A stretch of DNA of 64,000 nt from a bacterium (GTDB lineage Bacteria; Krumholzibacteriota; Krumholzibacteriia; LZORAL124-64-63). The stretch is from NCBI GenBank assembly GCA_031441465.1, contig JANOEP010000008.1:1-64000 (forward strand), written 5' to 3'. Under the pieces are notes generated by a model that made no database searches, was not told the origin of the DNA, and saw only the letters and a program-made list of their open reading frames with translations. Each line of letters opens with the position of its first letter. Position 1 is the first letter of the stretch. Positions 52,479 through 63,285 of the stretch are shown here, piece after piece. The position numbers and the translations under genes were made by a program.

Positions 52479-53831
52479 TCAGGCCGCTGCCATCCTTCGG
52501 CGATCCAACCTGCGCGTCACCACGATGTAAACCCCCAGCGCCGCCAGCGACACCAGCCCCACCGCCGAGTACGCGTACCACAGGTAGTGCGCCTGCGCGT
52601 AGACCGCGGGCATCGGCCCCTGGCCGGCCAGGGCGGCGGCGTGCTGCTGCTGGACGGCGTGCGGGAGCGTGGATGGCTCCGGGCAATATTTGCTCAGCAG
52701 GAAGCCCGAGAGCACGAAGCCGAAGATGTTGGCGAAGAAGGAATTCATGTGGGCGAAGCCCAGGTAGGTGCCCTCCTTGCCCTTGGGCGCCTGCAGGGAG
52801 GCGAACTCCAGCCACTTCGGGCTGAGGAAGCACTCCGCGAGGCCCTGGATGGCGATGCCGATGACCATCATCAGCGTGATCGGGTGCACCGACATGCCCA
52901 GGACGTTCACGTGGCCGTGGATCCAGGCCGACCCGGCCATGGCCAGGGCGGAGAACGGGATCAGGCACATCGCCACCAGGATCGAGTTCTCGGGCTTCCA
53001 CGAGCGCACCAGCTGCGTGATGAGCACCACCAGCAGCACCACCACCAGCGGGTTGATGTTGGCGTACCACTCGGGCTTGTAGGCCTCGCCGGCCATGCGC
53101 AGCACGTAGTCCGGCATCGCCGCGTACAGCTGGCCCTGGATCGCCCAGAATCCCGCCGTGATCAGGATGAGCGACAGGAACCGCAGATTGCTCAGGGCCA
53201 ACCACATGCCCTGCAGGGTCTCGCGGAAGGTGCGGACCTGGGCCGCGCCGTTGTCGTCGTCGGGACGGTAGACCAGCGCCACCAGGATCAACGCTACCAA
53301 CGATGCGGCGGCCGAGAAGAAGGGCACCGTCTCCACACCCATCTGGATGCGCATGGGCGCTACGACGGTCTTGCCCGTGAACGAGCCGATGTTCACCACC
53401 ATGTAGAAGATGCTGAACGCACGGGCCCGGTTGCGCTCGTCGGAGCACTTCGAGACCGTGCCGGTGATCACCGGCTTGACGAAGGCGCCGCCGATGACCA
53501 CGAGCACGAGGCCCGCGATCACCGTCCCGAGATCGTGGAAGAAGCCCAGTGTGCCGTAGCCGACGGTGAGCAGGGCGAAGGCGAGCATCAGTGCGTTGCG
53601 GAAGCCCATGCGGTCGGCCAGCGCGCCGGTGAAAAAGGGCATCAGGTAGATCCAGCCGCCGAACAGGCCGGCCACGACGCCCGCCTGGACGTCGTCCAGT
53701 CCGACCGCGCGGATCAGGTAGGTGCGCAGGGCGATGAACGTGCCGTAGTAGGCGGCGCGCTCGCAGAGCTCGGCGCCGTTGCCGGTCCAGAAGGCGCGCG
53801 GGAAGCGCCAGGTCGTCTTGCCGTCGGTCAT
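52479..53831 (-). CDS. MFS transporter, POT/PTR-like
   Basis: ELCERAAYYG (ExxER motif), GALADRMGFR, KP, FSIFYMVVNIG. Confidence 0.85.
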   Translation of the reverse strand: MTDGKTTWRFPRAFWTGNGAELCERAAYYGTFIALRTYLIRAVGLDDVQAGVVAGLFGGWIYLMPFFTGALADRMGFRNALMLAFALLTVGYGTLGFFHDLGTVIAGLVLVVIGGAFVKPVITGTVSKCSDERNRARAFSIFYMVVNIGSFTGKTVVAPMRIQMGVETVPFFSAAASLVALILVALVYRPDDDNGAAQVRTFRETLQGMWLALSNLRFLSLILITAGFWAIQGQLYAAMPDYVLRMAGEAYKPEWYANINPLVVVLLVVLITQLVRSWKPENSILVAMCLIPFSALAMAGSAWIHGHVNVLGMSVHPITLMMVIGIAIQGLAECFLSPKWLEFASLQAPKGKEGTYLGFAHMNSFFANIFGFVLSGFLLSKYCPEPSTLPHAVQQQHAAALAGQGPMPAVYAQAHYLWYAYSAVGLVSLAALGVYIVVTRRLDRRRMAAA

Positions 53832-53934
53832 GGAATCCTCCGGGGTGCGGGCTGCGGTTCCCCGCAGTGTAGGGCATCGGCGGGGCTGGCGGCAATCGTA
53901 GCCCAACTGCACAACCGGAAAGACGGCCTACCTA

Positions 53935-53981
53935 TTGACACTTATGTATTTTGCGTATATATTTACATTAAATGCGTAAAA
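53935..53981 (+). promoter_or_regulatory. sigma70 promoter (probably leaderless) with imperfect inverted repeat
   Basis: TTGACA-17-TATATT ending 8 nt before ATG 53972; TTTTGCGTAT...ATGCGTAAAA. Confidence 0.6.
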
Positions 53982-54613
53982 CAAGACCTATCAACGCAAT
54001 ATTTCCAAACATTCGCCTGGGGATCCTGGCAACTACTTGCTTGCATCCTGATCGCTGGTGGTATTTAAGCGATCTCGCAAATCACCTTCAAGTAAGACCT
54101 TCGAGCCTTCAGCGTGAACTGACATCATTGGTTGAAGCCGGCATTCTTCTCCGACGTCGCGATGGTAATCGCGTCTACTTCCAGCCTGACCCGGAGTGCC
54201 CCTTCCTCGGGGAACTCCAGGGTCTCATGCTGAAAACCGTCGGCCTCGTCGACGTGCTCCGCGAGGCGCTCACGCCGTTCTCGTCGCTCATCTCGTGGGC
54301 CTTCGTTTATGGCTCCATTGCCCGTGGCGAGGAGATCAGCTCCAGCGACATCGACCTGATGGTCATCGGGGACATCGGTCTGGCCGTGCTCGCCACTCCC
54401 CTCCAGCAGGTCGAGAAGCGGCTGATGCGGCCAGTCAACCCCACCGTGTATACACAAGCAGAGGTTGCAAATAAGTTAGCCGCAGGGCACCCTTTCCTCC
54501 GTGAGGTTTTTAATCGTGAGAAGTTGTCGATCCTAGGACGTCTCGATGAACTGGAATCCTCTTTTAGACTCACACCGCGTTCAGCACCACTCAACGAGCC
54601 GTTCCGAGATTGA
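53972..54613 (+). CDS. HTH + minimal nucleotidyltransferase (MNT) antitoxin
   Basis: N-terminal wHTH (SLQRELTSLVEAGIL); YGSIARGEEISSSDIDL = GSx10DxD. Confidence 0.85.
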   Translation: MRKTRPINAIFPNIRLGILATTCLHPDRWWYLSDLANHLQVRPSSLQRELTSLVEAGILLRRRDGNRVYFQPDPECPFLGELQGLMLKTVGLVDVLREALTPFSSLISWAFVYGSIARGEEISSSDIDLMVIGDIGLAVLATPLQQVEKRLMRPVNPTVYTQAEVANKLAAGHPFLREVFNREKLSILGRLDELESSFRLTPRSAPLNEPFRD

Positions 54614-54989
54614 CGGTTTGCGATCGGTCGTCGACCGTGATCTCACCGACGCATCGCTCGCCGACCTCTCAGCGGACCGTCGGTTCGCCACCGCCTACAA
54701 CGCCGTTCTGCAATTGTCGAAAATGGCTATCGCCTGCGCCGGTTACCGGATCACCAGTCGTGGTCACCACCAAACCACGTTCGAAGCGCTCCCGCTCGCA
54801 CTGGGATCCGAGATCGCAAGTTTCGCCCGGTATTTCGACACCTGCCGACGCAAGCGGAACATCATCGACTACGATTTTGCCAGTTCAGCTTCCGAGACAG
54901 AGGCCACTGAGCTCGTCGATAAGGCCGGTGAATTCAGAGTGCACGTGGAAGCCTGGATAGCCGCTCATCATCCAGGAATGGCTATTTGA
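54546..54989 (+). CDS. HEPN-domain toxin (MNT partner)
   Basis: AYNA, GHHQT, RRKRNIIDY (Rx4-6H-like site ending in Y); directly after the MNT gene. Confidence 0.75.
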   Translation: MNWNPLLDSHRVQHHSTSRSEIDGLRSVVDRDLTDASLADLSADRRFATAYNAVLQLSKMAIACAGYRITSRGHHQTTFEALPLALGSEIASFARYFDTCRRKRNIIDYDFASSASETEATELVDKAGEFRVHVEAWIAAHHPGMAI

Positions 54990-55018
54990 TGCAACCCATC
55001 GATGACGAGGGAGCGAAC

Positions 55019-56425
55019 ATGACCATCCAATTGACCTTCCTGGGCGCGGCCGGCAACGTCACCGGCTCGCGCTACCTCGTCGAAGCCGGCGGCAAGCGCG
55101 TCTACGTGGACTGCGGCATGTTCCAGGAGTGGCGCTACAAGACGCGCAACTGGCAGCCGGGTCCGGTCGCGCCCGCGGACATCGACGCCGTGATCCTGAC
55201 CCACGGCCATCTCGACCACTGCGGCCTGCTGCCGAAGCTGGTGCGCGACGGTTTCGCGGGGCGCATCCACTGCACCGCGGCGACGGCGGACATCGCCATG
55301 ATCGTCATGGAGGACGCGGGCACGATCCAGGAAGAGGACGCCCGCAACAAGCGCAAGCGGCACCTGCGCGAGGGACGCAGCGGCCCGCATCCCGAGGAAC
55401 CCCTCTTCACGCACCGCGACGCCCTCGCCGTCCGCAAGCGCCTGACCAAGACTCCCTTCGGCGCGCCGGTGCGCGTGGCCGACGGGATCGAGGTCGAGTT
55501 CACGGGCGCCGGGCACATCCTGGGCGCCGCGTCAGTGATTCTGCGCCTCGGCGAGGCCGACGCACGGCGGACGCTGGTGTTCTCCGGCGATCTCGGCCCC
55601 TGGGACATGCCGATCATCGAGGATCCTCAGCCCCCCACCCACGCCGACTACCTGGTGATCGAATCGACCTACGGGGAACGGGACCACGACCCGCCGCAGG
55701 CCGTGCCTGAAGCCTTGGCCAAGGTGATCCGGGAGACCGCCGATGCCGGCGGCAACCTGGTGATCCCGAGTTTTTCGGTCGAGCGCACCCAGGACCTGCT
55801 CTACCACCTGAACCTGCTGCGCCAAGCGGGCCGCGTCCCGGACCTGCCCGTCTTCGTGGACAGCCCGATGGCCATCAAGGTCACCGAGGTCTTCGCGCGG
55901 CATCCCGAACTCTTCGACGAGGAAGCCCGTGTCCTGCTGCGCGAAGGCCGTCATCTCAGCGACTTCCCCGGCCTGCGGCTCTGCCGGACCCGCGAGGAGT
56001 CCCAGGCGATCAACTTCCAGAAGCGGCCGGCGATCATCATCGCCGGGTCGGGCATGTGCACCAGCGGCCGCATCAAGTACCACCTCGAGCACAACCTCGG
56101 GCGGCCCGAGAGCACGGTGCTGTTCATCGGCTACCAGGCGTCCGGGACCCTGGGCCGCGACATCCTCGACGGCGCGCCCACGGTGCGGCTGCTCGGAGCG
56201 ATGCGGCCGGTCCGGGCGCGCGTGGCCGAGATCCACGGCTTCTCGGCCCACGCCGGGCGCGGCGAGCTGCTGCGCTGGGCGCGCGCGTTGCGTGAGAAGC
56301 CCCGGCACGTGTTCGTCACCCACGGCGAGCCCGAGACCGCGGCGGCCTTCGCCGAGTCCCTGAACCGGGAATGCGGGTACGAGGCGACGGTGCCGGCGTA
56401 CCTCGACACCGTCACCCTCACCTGA
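55019..56425 (+). CDS. beta-CASP MBL-fold metallo-hydrolase (RNA-processing nuclease)
   Basis: FLGAAGNVTGS, THGHLDHCG, AGHILG, FSGDLG, ESTYG, GSGMC, FSAHA, VTHGE. Confidence 0.9.
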   Translation: MTIQLTFLGAAGNVTGSRYLVEAGGKRVYVDCGMFQEWRYKTRNWQPGPVAPADIDAVILTHGHLDHCGLLPKLVRDGFAGRIHCTAATADIAMIVMEDAGTIQEEDARNKRKRHLREGRSGPHPEEPLFTHRDALAVRKRLTKTPFGAPVRVADGIEVEFTGAGHILGAASVILRLGEADARRTLVFSGDLGPWDMPIIEDPQPPTHADYLVIESTYGERDHDPPQAVPEALAKVIRETADAGGNLVIPSFSVERTQDLLYHLNLLRQAGRVPDLPVFVDSPMAIKVTEVFARHPELFDEEARVLLREGRHLSDFPGLRLCRTREESQAINFQKRPAIIIAGSGMCTSGRIKYHLEHNLGRPESTVLFIGYQASGTLGRDILDGAPTVRLLGAMRPVRARVAEIHGFSAHAGRGELLRWARALREKPRHVFVTHGEPETAAAFAESLNRECGYEATVPAYLDTVTLT

Positions 56426-56460
56426 TCCCACGGCCGCCCGCCGCCGCCCCGGAGGACGAC

Positions 56461-56925
56461 ATGCACGACGACCGCGACGGCCTCGCCGGACGCTACCGCC
56501 GCATCGGAGCGCAGCTGGCCGAGTTGTTCCTGAAGACCGGCGACCCGACCGCCCGCATGGCGACCGCCGTCGCCGTGCTGCACCACAAGATGCCGCACTA
56601 CTTCTGGACGGGTTTCTACCGGGTGGTCGACGGGGCGCTGGTGGTCGGCCCCTACCAGGGGCCGGTAGCCTGCGCGGTGCTGCGCGGACCGGAGGGCGTG
56701 TGCTGGGCCGGAGTCCGCGGCGGCGCGACGGTGGTGGTGCCCGACGTCCACGCCTACCCGGGCCACGTCGCCTGCGACGCGCGCTCCCGCAGCGAGATCG
56801 TCGTGCCGGTGCGGGACCGCACGGGGGCCGTCGTGGCGGTCCTGGACGTGGATTCCGAGCGTCCGGACGCCTTCGGCGAGGCCGACCGCGCGGGACTCGA
56901 ACAGATCGTGTCGCTGCTCTTCTGA
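56461..56925 (+). CDS. GAF-domain protein, free Met-(R)-sulfoxide reductase (MsrC-like)
   Basis: FWTGFY, GPYQGPVAC, GVC, PGHVACD, SEIVVP, VLDVDS. Confidence 0.8.
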   Translation: MHDDRDGLAGRYRRIGAQLAELFLKTGDPTARMATAVAVLHHKMPHYFWTGFYRVVDGALVVGPYQGPVACAVLRGPEGVCWAGVRGGATVVVPDVHAYPGHVACDARSRSEIVVPVRDRTGAVVAVLDVDSERPDAFGEADRAGLEQIVSLLF

Positions 56926-56936
56926 CCGACCGGCCT

Positions 56937-59102
56937 TCATTTCACGAGCATCAACTTGCGACCGACCACCGATCCCTCCGTCGCGAGGCGGACCAGGTAG
57001 AACCCGCTGGGCGCGGGCCGGCCCGCGGCGTCGCGGCCGTCCCAGACGAAGGCGTGCGGTCCGGCGGACAGGTCGGCGTCGACCAGGCTCGTCAGCAGGC
57101 GGCCGTCGGCGGCGTGGATGGTGAGGCGGGCGCGGCCGGCGCGGGCCAGCGTGAAGTCCAGCTGCGTGGAGGGGTTGAACGGGTTCGGCGCAGCCGTCAG
57201 TTGCAGGCCGGCGGCGGACGGCGGCACGCCCATCGTCTGGTAGACGTCCTCGTGCTCGAGGATCCAGAAGCCGTCCTCCATGTCGACGAGGTAGAGACGC
57301 GGGCCGCGCGCGACGACGCTCTGGGCCGTGCCAGCGGTGTCGAAGTGGCCGACCGGCGTGGGCAGGCGCTGGTCCTTGATGTCCAGGATCGTCAGGCCGT
57401 GGGGGTAGGTCGCCGTGTAGACGAAGTCGCCCTGGAGCGTGACCCCGGCGGGGTGGCCCTTGGTCAGGCAGCGGCCGATCTCCACCGGGCTGGCGGGGTT
57501 GCTCACCAGCACGAGCCGCAGGCCGGCGCTCCCCTCGGCGAGCACCACGAAGCCGTCGCCCGCATCGACGCCCTGGCTGAAACCATCGGTGCCGAGGTGG
57601 CCGGCGAGGGTGGGGTGGGCCGGATCGGACACGTCGACGATGCGCAGGCCGTCGTAGCCGAAGGCCAGGTAGGCCGTGTCGTCACGGACCTGCAGGCCGT
57701 AGACGTACTGCCCCGGCACGTAGTAGCGCCCGACCAGCCGCGGCGCCGACGGCGTCGCGACGTCGACGATCAGCAGGCCTTGGTTGCGGTCGCCGACGTA
57801 GCAGAGGTCGCCGGCCAGCACGATGCAGTTGGCGTAAAAAGTGGAGTATCGGCCGAGCAGGACCGGCACGGCGGGATCGCGCACATCGACGATCTGCAGC
57901 CCGCCCGACTCCGCGGCGACGTAGGCGATGCCGTCGCGGACCTTGACGTCGCGGGCGTGGGTCGCCGGCCAGCGGCCGAGTTCGCGCGGCCGGGCGGGAT
58001 CGCGCACGTCGACGATGCGCAGGCCGTCGTAACGGCCGACGACGTAAGCGATGGTGCCCACGACGTCCATCTTCGCGCTGTGGCCGCCCTCGTCGCGACG
58101 GCCGACCTCGACCGGGGCCTCTCCCGGCGCCTGCGCCACCACCGCCAGTCCGGTGGGGCTGGTCGGCACGTAGAGCCAGTTGCGGCCGGCGACCGTCGTG
58201 AGGCAGTTGTCGTAGGGCAGCGACCCCGTCCAGACCGGCGCCGCCGCGTCCGTCAGGTCGTAGGCCTGGAAGCCGCAGCTGAACCCGGAGACGTAGAGAC
58301 GGTCCCCGACGGTCACCGCATCCACGACGTTGCCGGGCAGCGGGTAGGTGCGGACGGCGAGGGGCGCGGCCGGCGTCGAGAGGTCCAGGACGCCGAAGCC
58401 GTCGTCGCCGAGCGCGCAGTAGGCGTGGTCCCCGTGCAGGCTCAGGCCCCGCACCGAATCCCAGGGTTGGGTCACCGACACCGGTTTCGGCGCGGCCGGC
58501 CACGTGACGTCCAGGACGTGCAGGCCCCCGGACCCGTACGACAGGTACGCCAGGTGGCCCTGCAGGTCGACCTCGAACAGGGTGCCGTCGGTGCTGTAGG
58601 CGGACGCTTCGCGCGGGTCCTTGGGGACGCGGACGTCCACGATGCGCAGGCCGTGGTCGCCGAGGGCGAGGTAGGCGAAACCGCCGCGCACCACGATGTC
58701 GTAGATGCGCCCCGGGAAGTCGAGCCGCGCGAGGCCGCGCGGGTGCTCGGGGTCGCGCACGTCGACCACCGCGAGGCCGTAATCGATGAGGCTCACGTAG
58801 GCGATGCCGCGCGCCTCGGCCACGCAGTAGATCTCGCTGGGGAGCGTGAGGCCGCCGAGGCGGACGGGGGCGGCGGGGTCGCGGAAATCGACGATCTCCA
58901 GGGCGGCGCCGTTGCCGACCAGCACGGTGTCGCCCATGGCGCAGGCCCCGTAGCAGGCGCCGTTGGGCCAGTGCCCCAGCGGTTTCACGCGTTCGGCGGC
59001 GTTGGGCAAGGGAATGCCGGGATCGGTCTGGGCGCGGGCGCCCGCCGCGCAGACGAGCAGCGCGGCCAGCAGGGCGAGGCCGGGGCGGCGGGCGAACGAC
59101 AC
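56937..59102 (-). CDS. Secreted LVIVD-repeat protein with C-terminal FlgD-Ig-like domain
   Basis: Signal peptide; repeated AYVA..GLRIVDV.DP..P units; PNPFNPST...WDGRD...SGFYLVRL. Confidence 0.85.
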   Translation of the reverse strand: MSFARRPGLALLAALLVCAAGARAQTDPGIPLPNAAERVKPLGHWPNGACYGACAMGDTVLVGNGAALEIVDFRDPAAPVRLGGLTLPSEIYCVAEARGIAYVSLIDYGLAVVDVRDPEHPRGLARLDFPGRIYDIVVRGGFAYLALGDHGLRIVDVRVPKDPREASAYSTDGTLFEVDLQGHLAYLSYGSGGLHVLDVTWPAAPKPVSVTQPWDSVRGLSLHGDHAYCALGDDGFGVLDLSTPAAPLAVRTYPLPGNVVDAVTVGDRLYVSGFSCGFQAYDLTDAAAPVWTGSLPYDNCLTTVAGRNWLYVPTSPTGLAVVAQAPGEAPVEVGRRDEGGHSAKMDVVGTIAYVVGRYDGLRIVDVRDPARPRELGRWPATHARDVKVRDGIAYVAAESGGLQIVDVRDPAVPVLLGRYSTFYANCIVLAGDLCYVGDRNQGLLIVDVATPSAPRLVGRYYVPGQYVYGLQVRDDTAYLAFGYDGLRIVDVSDPAHPTLAGHLGTDGFSQGVDAGDGFVVLAEGSAGLRLVLVSNPASPVEIGRCLTKGHPAGVTLQGDFVYTATYPHGLTILDIKDQRLPTPVGHFDTAGTAQSVVARGPRLYLVDMEDGFWILEHEDVYQTMGVPPSAAGLQLTAAPNPFNPSTQLDFTLARAGRARLTIHAADGRLLTSLVDADLSAGPHAFVWDGRDAAGRPAPSGFYLVRLATEGSVVGRKLMLVK

Positions 59103-59249
59103 GTCGGTCCCCTTCCAGACGGGTGGCCGGATCTGATTCAGTATACGGGTTCCCCACCCCGGCGACCAGCGCCGCAAACAGGGCTTTCCTGAACGCGCCC
59201 GTTCACTATCTTGGCGAATGAAGCCCGAACACCATCCCCGGAGGTCGCG

Positions 59250-59735
59250 ATGAACCCCACGTTCGCCCTTGTCCTGGGCCTGATCCTCGGCCTCGCCCTG
59301 GCGGCCGGAGTCGGCGTCGGCGTGCTGCGGACTCGGATGATCACCCCCCGCCGCAGCCGTCACGGCTTCGACGAGACCTGCGCCGCGATCGAGCGCGTGG
59401 TCCCCGCCGACCCCGAAGGCTGGAGCTTGCCGTTGCCGGCCTGGGACGCCCACGCCGTCCTGGAGAAGAAGGGCCTCGCACCGGCCAACCTGCGCTCGCT
59501 GCGTTTCTTCTTCGTCTGCAATCCCCAGCTCGCCTCGGGCCTGTTGCGGCTGGATCCGACCTTCGCCGGCATGATGCCGTGCACCTGGGCCGTCTATGAG
59601 CGGCAGGACGGGACGGTGTGGTTGGCGAAGCTGAACGTCGGGCTCATGAGTCGCCTGTTCCCGCCGGCAATCGCCGCGATCATGGGTCGGGTCGCCGCCG
59701 CGGATGAACGGTTCCTGGCGGAGATCCTGGGCTGA
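59250..59735 (+). CDS. DUF302-domain protein with N-terminal TM
   Basis: GFDETCAAIE, VCNP, MMPC, VYE; GGAGG RBS. Confidence 0.7.
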   Translation: MNPTFALVLGLILGLALAAGVGVGVLRTRMITPRRSRHGFDETCAAIERVVPADPEGWSLPLPAWDAHAVLEKKGLAPANLRSLRFFFVCNPQLASGLLRLDPTFAGMMPCTWAVYERQDGTVWLAKLNVGLMSRLFPPAIAAIMGRVAAADERFLAEILG

Positions 59736-59910
59736 GCCGGGGATCCGCCGGGGCCCGTCGCGAATCCGCCCTGGCGCTTTCCGCCCGGGACGCTTATCGT
59801 GGTGGGGATCCGTCGGGCATCAGTGTCAATGGTTCGCATCCCGACCCCCATAAATTCCGTTACGAGCTGAGAATGCGACTTGGCTCATCCGAGCCAAGGA
59901 GAACCCTGAG

Positions 59911-61140
59911 TTGAGTTTCGAAATCTTCGGTCTCGATCCGCGCATCCTCGATGGCGTGCGCGCCGCCGGCTATACCACGCCGACCCCCATCCAGCGCCAG
60001 GCGATCCCCGAGGTCATGGCCGGCCGCGACGTCCTGGGCGTAGCCCAGACGGGCACCGGCAAGACCGCGGCCTTCGCCTTGCCCATCCTCCAACGCCTGC
60101 TCGACGGCCCCCGCGGCCGCACGCGCGCGCTGATCATCGCGCCCACGCGCGAGCTGGCCGAGCAGATCCACGGCTTCTTCCACTCGATGACCCGCCGCAC
60201 CGGCCTGCGCAGCGCGACGGTGTACGGCGGCGTCGGCCGCGCCGCCCAGGCCCAGGCCCTGCGCCGGGGCACGGAGATCATCGTGGCCTGCCCGGGCCGC
60301 CTGCTCGACCACATGGGCGAGGGCGACGCCGACCTGACCGGGATCGAGGTGCTCGTCCTGGACGAGGCCGACCGGATGTGCGACATGGGCTTCCTGCCCG
60401 ACGTGAAGCGCATCCTGCGCGAACTGCCCGTCGACCGCCAGACGCTGTTCTTCTCGGCGACCATGCCGGCGGACATCCGCTCCCTGGCCGACCGGATCCT
60501 GCGCAACCCGCTGGCCGTCCAGGTCGACACCATCGCCCCGGCCGCGACGGTCGCCCATGCGATCTACCCCACGACCGACCGCCTGCGCAAGAGCATGCTC
60601 GAGACGCTGCTGCGCCGCGTGGCCACCGGCCGCACGCTGGTCTTCACCCGCACGAAGCACCGCGCGCGCGGCCTGGCCCAGGACCTCGAGCGCTGCGGGA
60701 TGCGCGTCGCCGAGCTGCAGGGCAACATGCCGCAGAGCAAGCGGCAGCAGGCCATCGACGGCTTCCGCAGCGGCCGCTACGACATCCTGGTCGCCACCGA
60801 CATCGCGGCCCGCGGCATCGACGTCACCGCGGTCAAGCACGTCATCAACTATGACGCGCCCGACACCGTGGACGCCTACACCCACCGCATCGGCCGCACC
60901 GGCCGGGCCCAGCTCACCGGCGAGGCCTTCACCCTGGTCGACAGCGACGACAGCGAGCTGATCGAGCGCATCGAGAAGACCCTGGGCGTCCCGCTGGAGC
61001 GGCGCCGCATCGACGGCTTCGACTACGGCGCCTTCACGCCCGAGACGGCCCTGAACCCGGTGCGCCGCGCCGCGGCGGCGGGACGGTCAGGTGGCGGCGG
61101 GCGGCGGCGGGCGCCGACTCGGATGAAGCGCTTCGGTTAA
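59911..61140 (+). CDS. DEAD-box RNA helicase (RhlE-like)
   Basis: PTPIQ (Q motif), AQTGTGKT, PTRELA, DEAD, SAT, ARGID, HRIGRTGRA. Confidence 0.93.
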   Translation: MSFEIFGLDPRILDGVRAAGYTTPTPIQRQAIPEVMAGRDVLGVAQTGTGKTAAFALPILQRLLDGPRGRTRALIIAPTRELAEQIHGFFHSMTRRTGLRSATVYGGVGRAAQAQALRRGTEIIVACPGRLLDHMGEGDADLTGIEVLVLDEADRMCDMGFLPDVKRILRELPVDRQTLFFSATMPADIRSLADRILRNPLAVQVDTIAPAATVAHAIYPTTDRLRKSMLETLLRRVATGRTLVFTRTKHRARGLAQDLERCGMRVAELQGNMPQSKRQQAIDGFRSGRYDILVATDIAARGIDVTAVKHVINYDAPDTVDAYTHRIGRTGRAQLTGEAFTLVDSDDSELIERIEKTLGVPLERRRIDGFDYGAFTPETALNPVRRAAAAGRSGGGGRRRAPTRMKRFG

Positions 61141-61146
61141 ATTAAC

Positions 61147-61273
61147 GTCTCGCACCTTCCTGACGGGGGACGCGCCCCGGGCACATCGTGTGCCCGGGGC
61201 GCTTGGCCTTCCGGCCCTTTCGCCATCCTGGCTTCAGGGCCTGCAGGACACCCCCGTCAGGAAGGTGCGAGAC
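61147..61273. repeat. Structured palindromic intergenic element, copy 2
   Basis: Perfect 23-bp outer inverted repeat enclosing a 14-bp hairpin and an interrupted hairpin; colinear with 38876-39003. Confidence 0.85.
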
Positions 61274-61294
61274 ATCGTCAGGGGTACGGCGGGC

Positions 61295-61572
61295 TCAGGC
61301 CGAGGCGCGGTTCTTCCAGTTCCACCACTTGAGCAGCTTGGGATCGCGGTCGGCCGCTGCGGTCGAGGCGTAGTAGACCGCGCAACGGAACACATAGAGC
61401 ACGCAGGGGTCCTGCCGCTCGCCGCGACGCTCGCAGAGTTCGTGGTAGAGGCGGACGGGATCCAGGCCGCGCAGGTCGGCGGGTTCGCACATCCCCAGCT
61501 CGCGCAGGTCGGCGGCGAGGCTCGGACCGATGCCGGGCATGACCTGCAGGGGATCGCGACGGCTGGCGGCGG

Positions 61573-61576
<4 letters not shown>
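61295..61576 (-). CDS. Helix-hairpin-helix protein (Cdd1/pathogenicity-locus-like)
   Basis: PGIGPSLAADL, DPVRLY, QDPCVLYVFRCAVYYA, KWWNWK. Confidence 0.75.
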
Positions 61577-62673
<1,097 letters not shown>

Positions 62674-62690
62674 CAATACGCCGCCTGCGG

Positions 62691-63176
62691 CTACTGGACG
62701 ACTTCGGTGGTCCAAGCCGTGAACGAGACCCGACAGGTGAGGAAGAAATCCTTGATCCGCGCCACGGTCACGCCGCCGGCCATGTCGAGGTCCAGCTCGA
62801 GGCGAGGGTCACCCTCGTCGTCGAGGTAGGAGCGCGAGTAGCGGCGGGTCTGGTTCCAGGTGTTGACCTTCTTCAGCGTGGCGTTGCCGTCGCCGAAGGG
62901 CGCATAGAACTGCAGCGACTCGCCGTCCTTGGCCACGAACATCCACGTGTTGTAACCCTCGAGCTTCCACAACAGGTCGCCGTCCTCGTCGACCTCGACG
63001 GAGAAGCCCTCGCCCTCGAGCAGCTCCTGGACGTCGTTGCGGGTGATCGACTCGATGACGTCCTTGTCGCCGGCCTGGGCGGCGGCGGCGAAGGCCAAGG
63101 CCAACACGGCCAGCAGCGTGACGAAAACGAGGGACCTGGCGGTGCGGGTCGCGGTAACGGCCGGTTTCTGGCTCAC
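62691..63176 (-). CDS. YbjN-domain protein with signal peptide
   Basis: Signal peptide; VNTWNQTRRYSRSYLDDEGD...LELD..GGVT pattern. Confidence 0.65.
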   Translation of the reverse strand: MSQKPAVTATRTARSLVFVTLLAVLALAFAAAAQAGDKDVIESITRNDVQELLEGEGFSVEVDEDGDLLWKLEGYNTWMFVAKDGESLQFYAPFGDGNATLKKVNTWNQTRRYSRSYLDDEGDPRLELDLDMAGGVTVARIKDFFLTCRVSFTAWTTEVVQ

Positions 63177-63285
63177 GTCGGATCTCCTTGAAAGGTAATG
63201 GGGGTGCCGAACTCCACGCGGGAGCATCCATTCTACCCGCAATCGACCGGAACCGCCAAGGAAAAGTGATACGGCGGGTCCGGAA

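Noticed and set aside
50414..54989. Possible integron cassette array (small genes plus TA modules)
   Set aside because: No integron integrase and no recognisable attC (RYYYAAC...GTTRRRY) structures between the genes; orientations are mixed.
57400..58920. Recurring DNA motif GACGATGCGCAGGCCGT at intervals, superficially CRISPR-like
   Set aside because: These are coding LVIVD protein repeats (GLRIVDV); copies are degenerate, in frame, and there are no cas genes.
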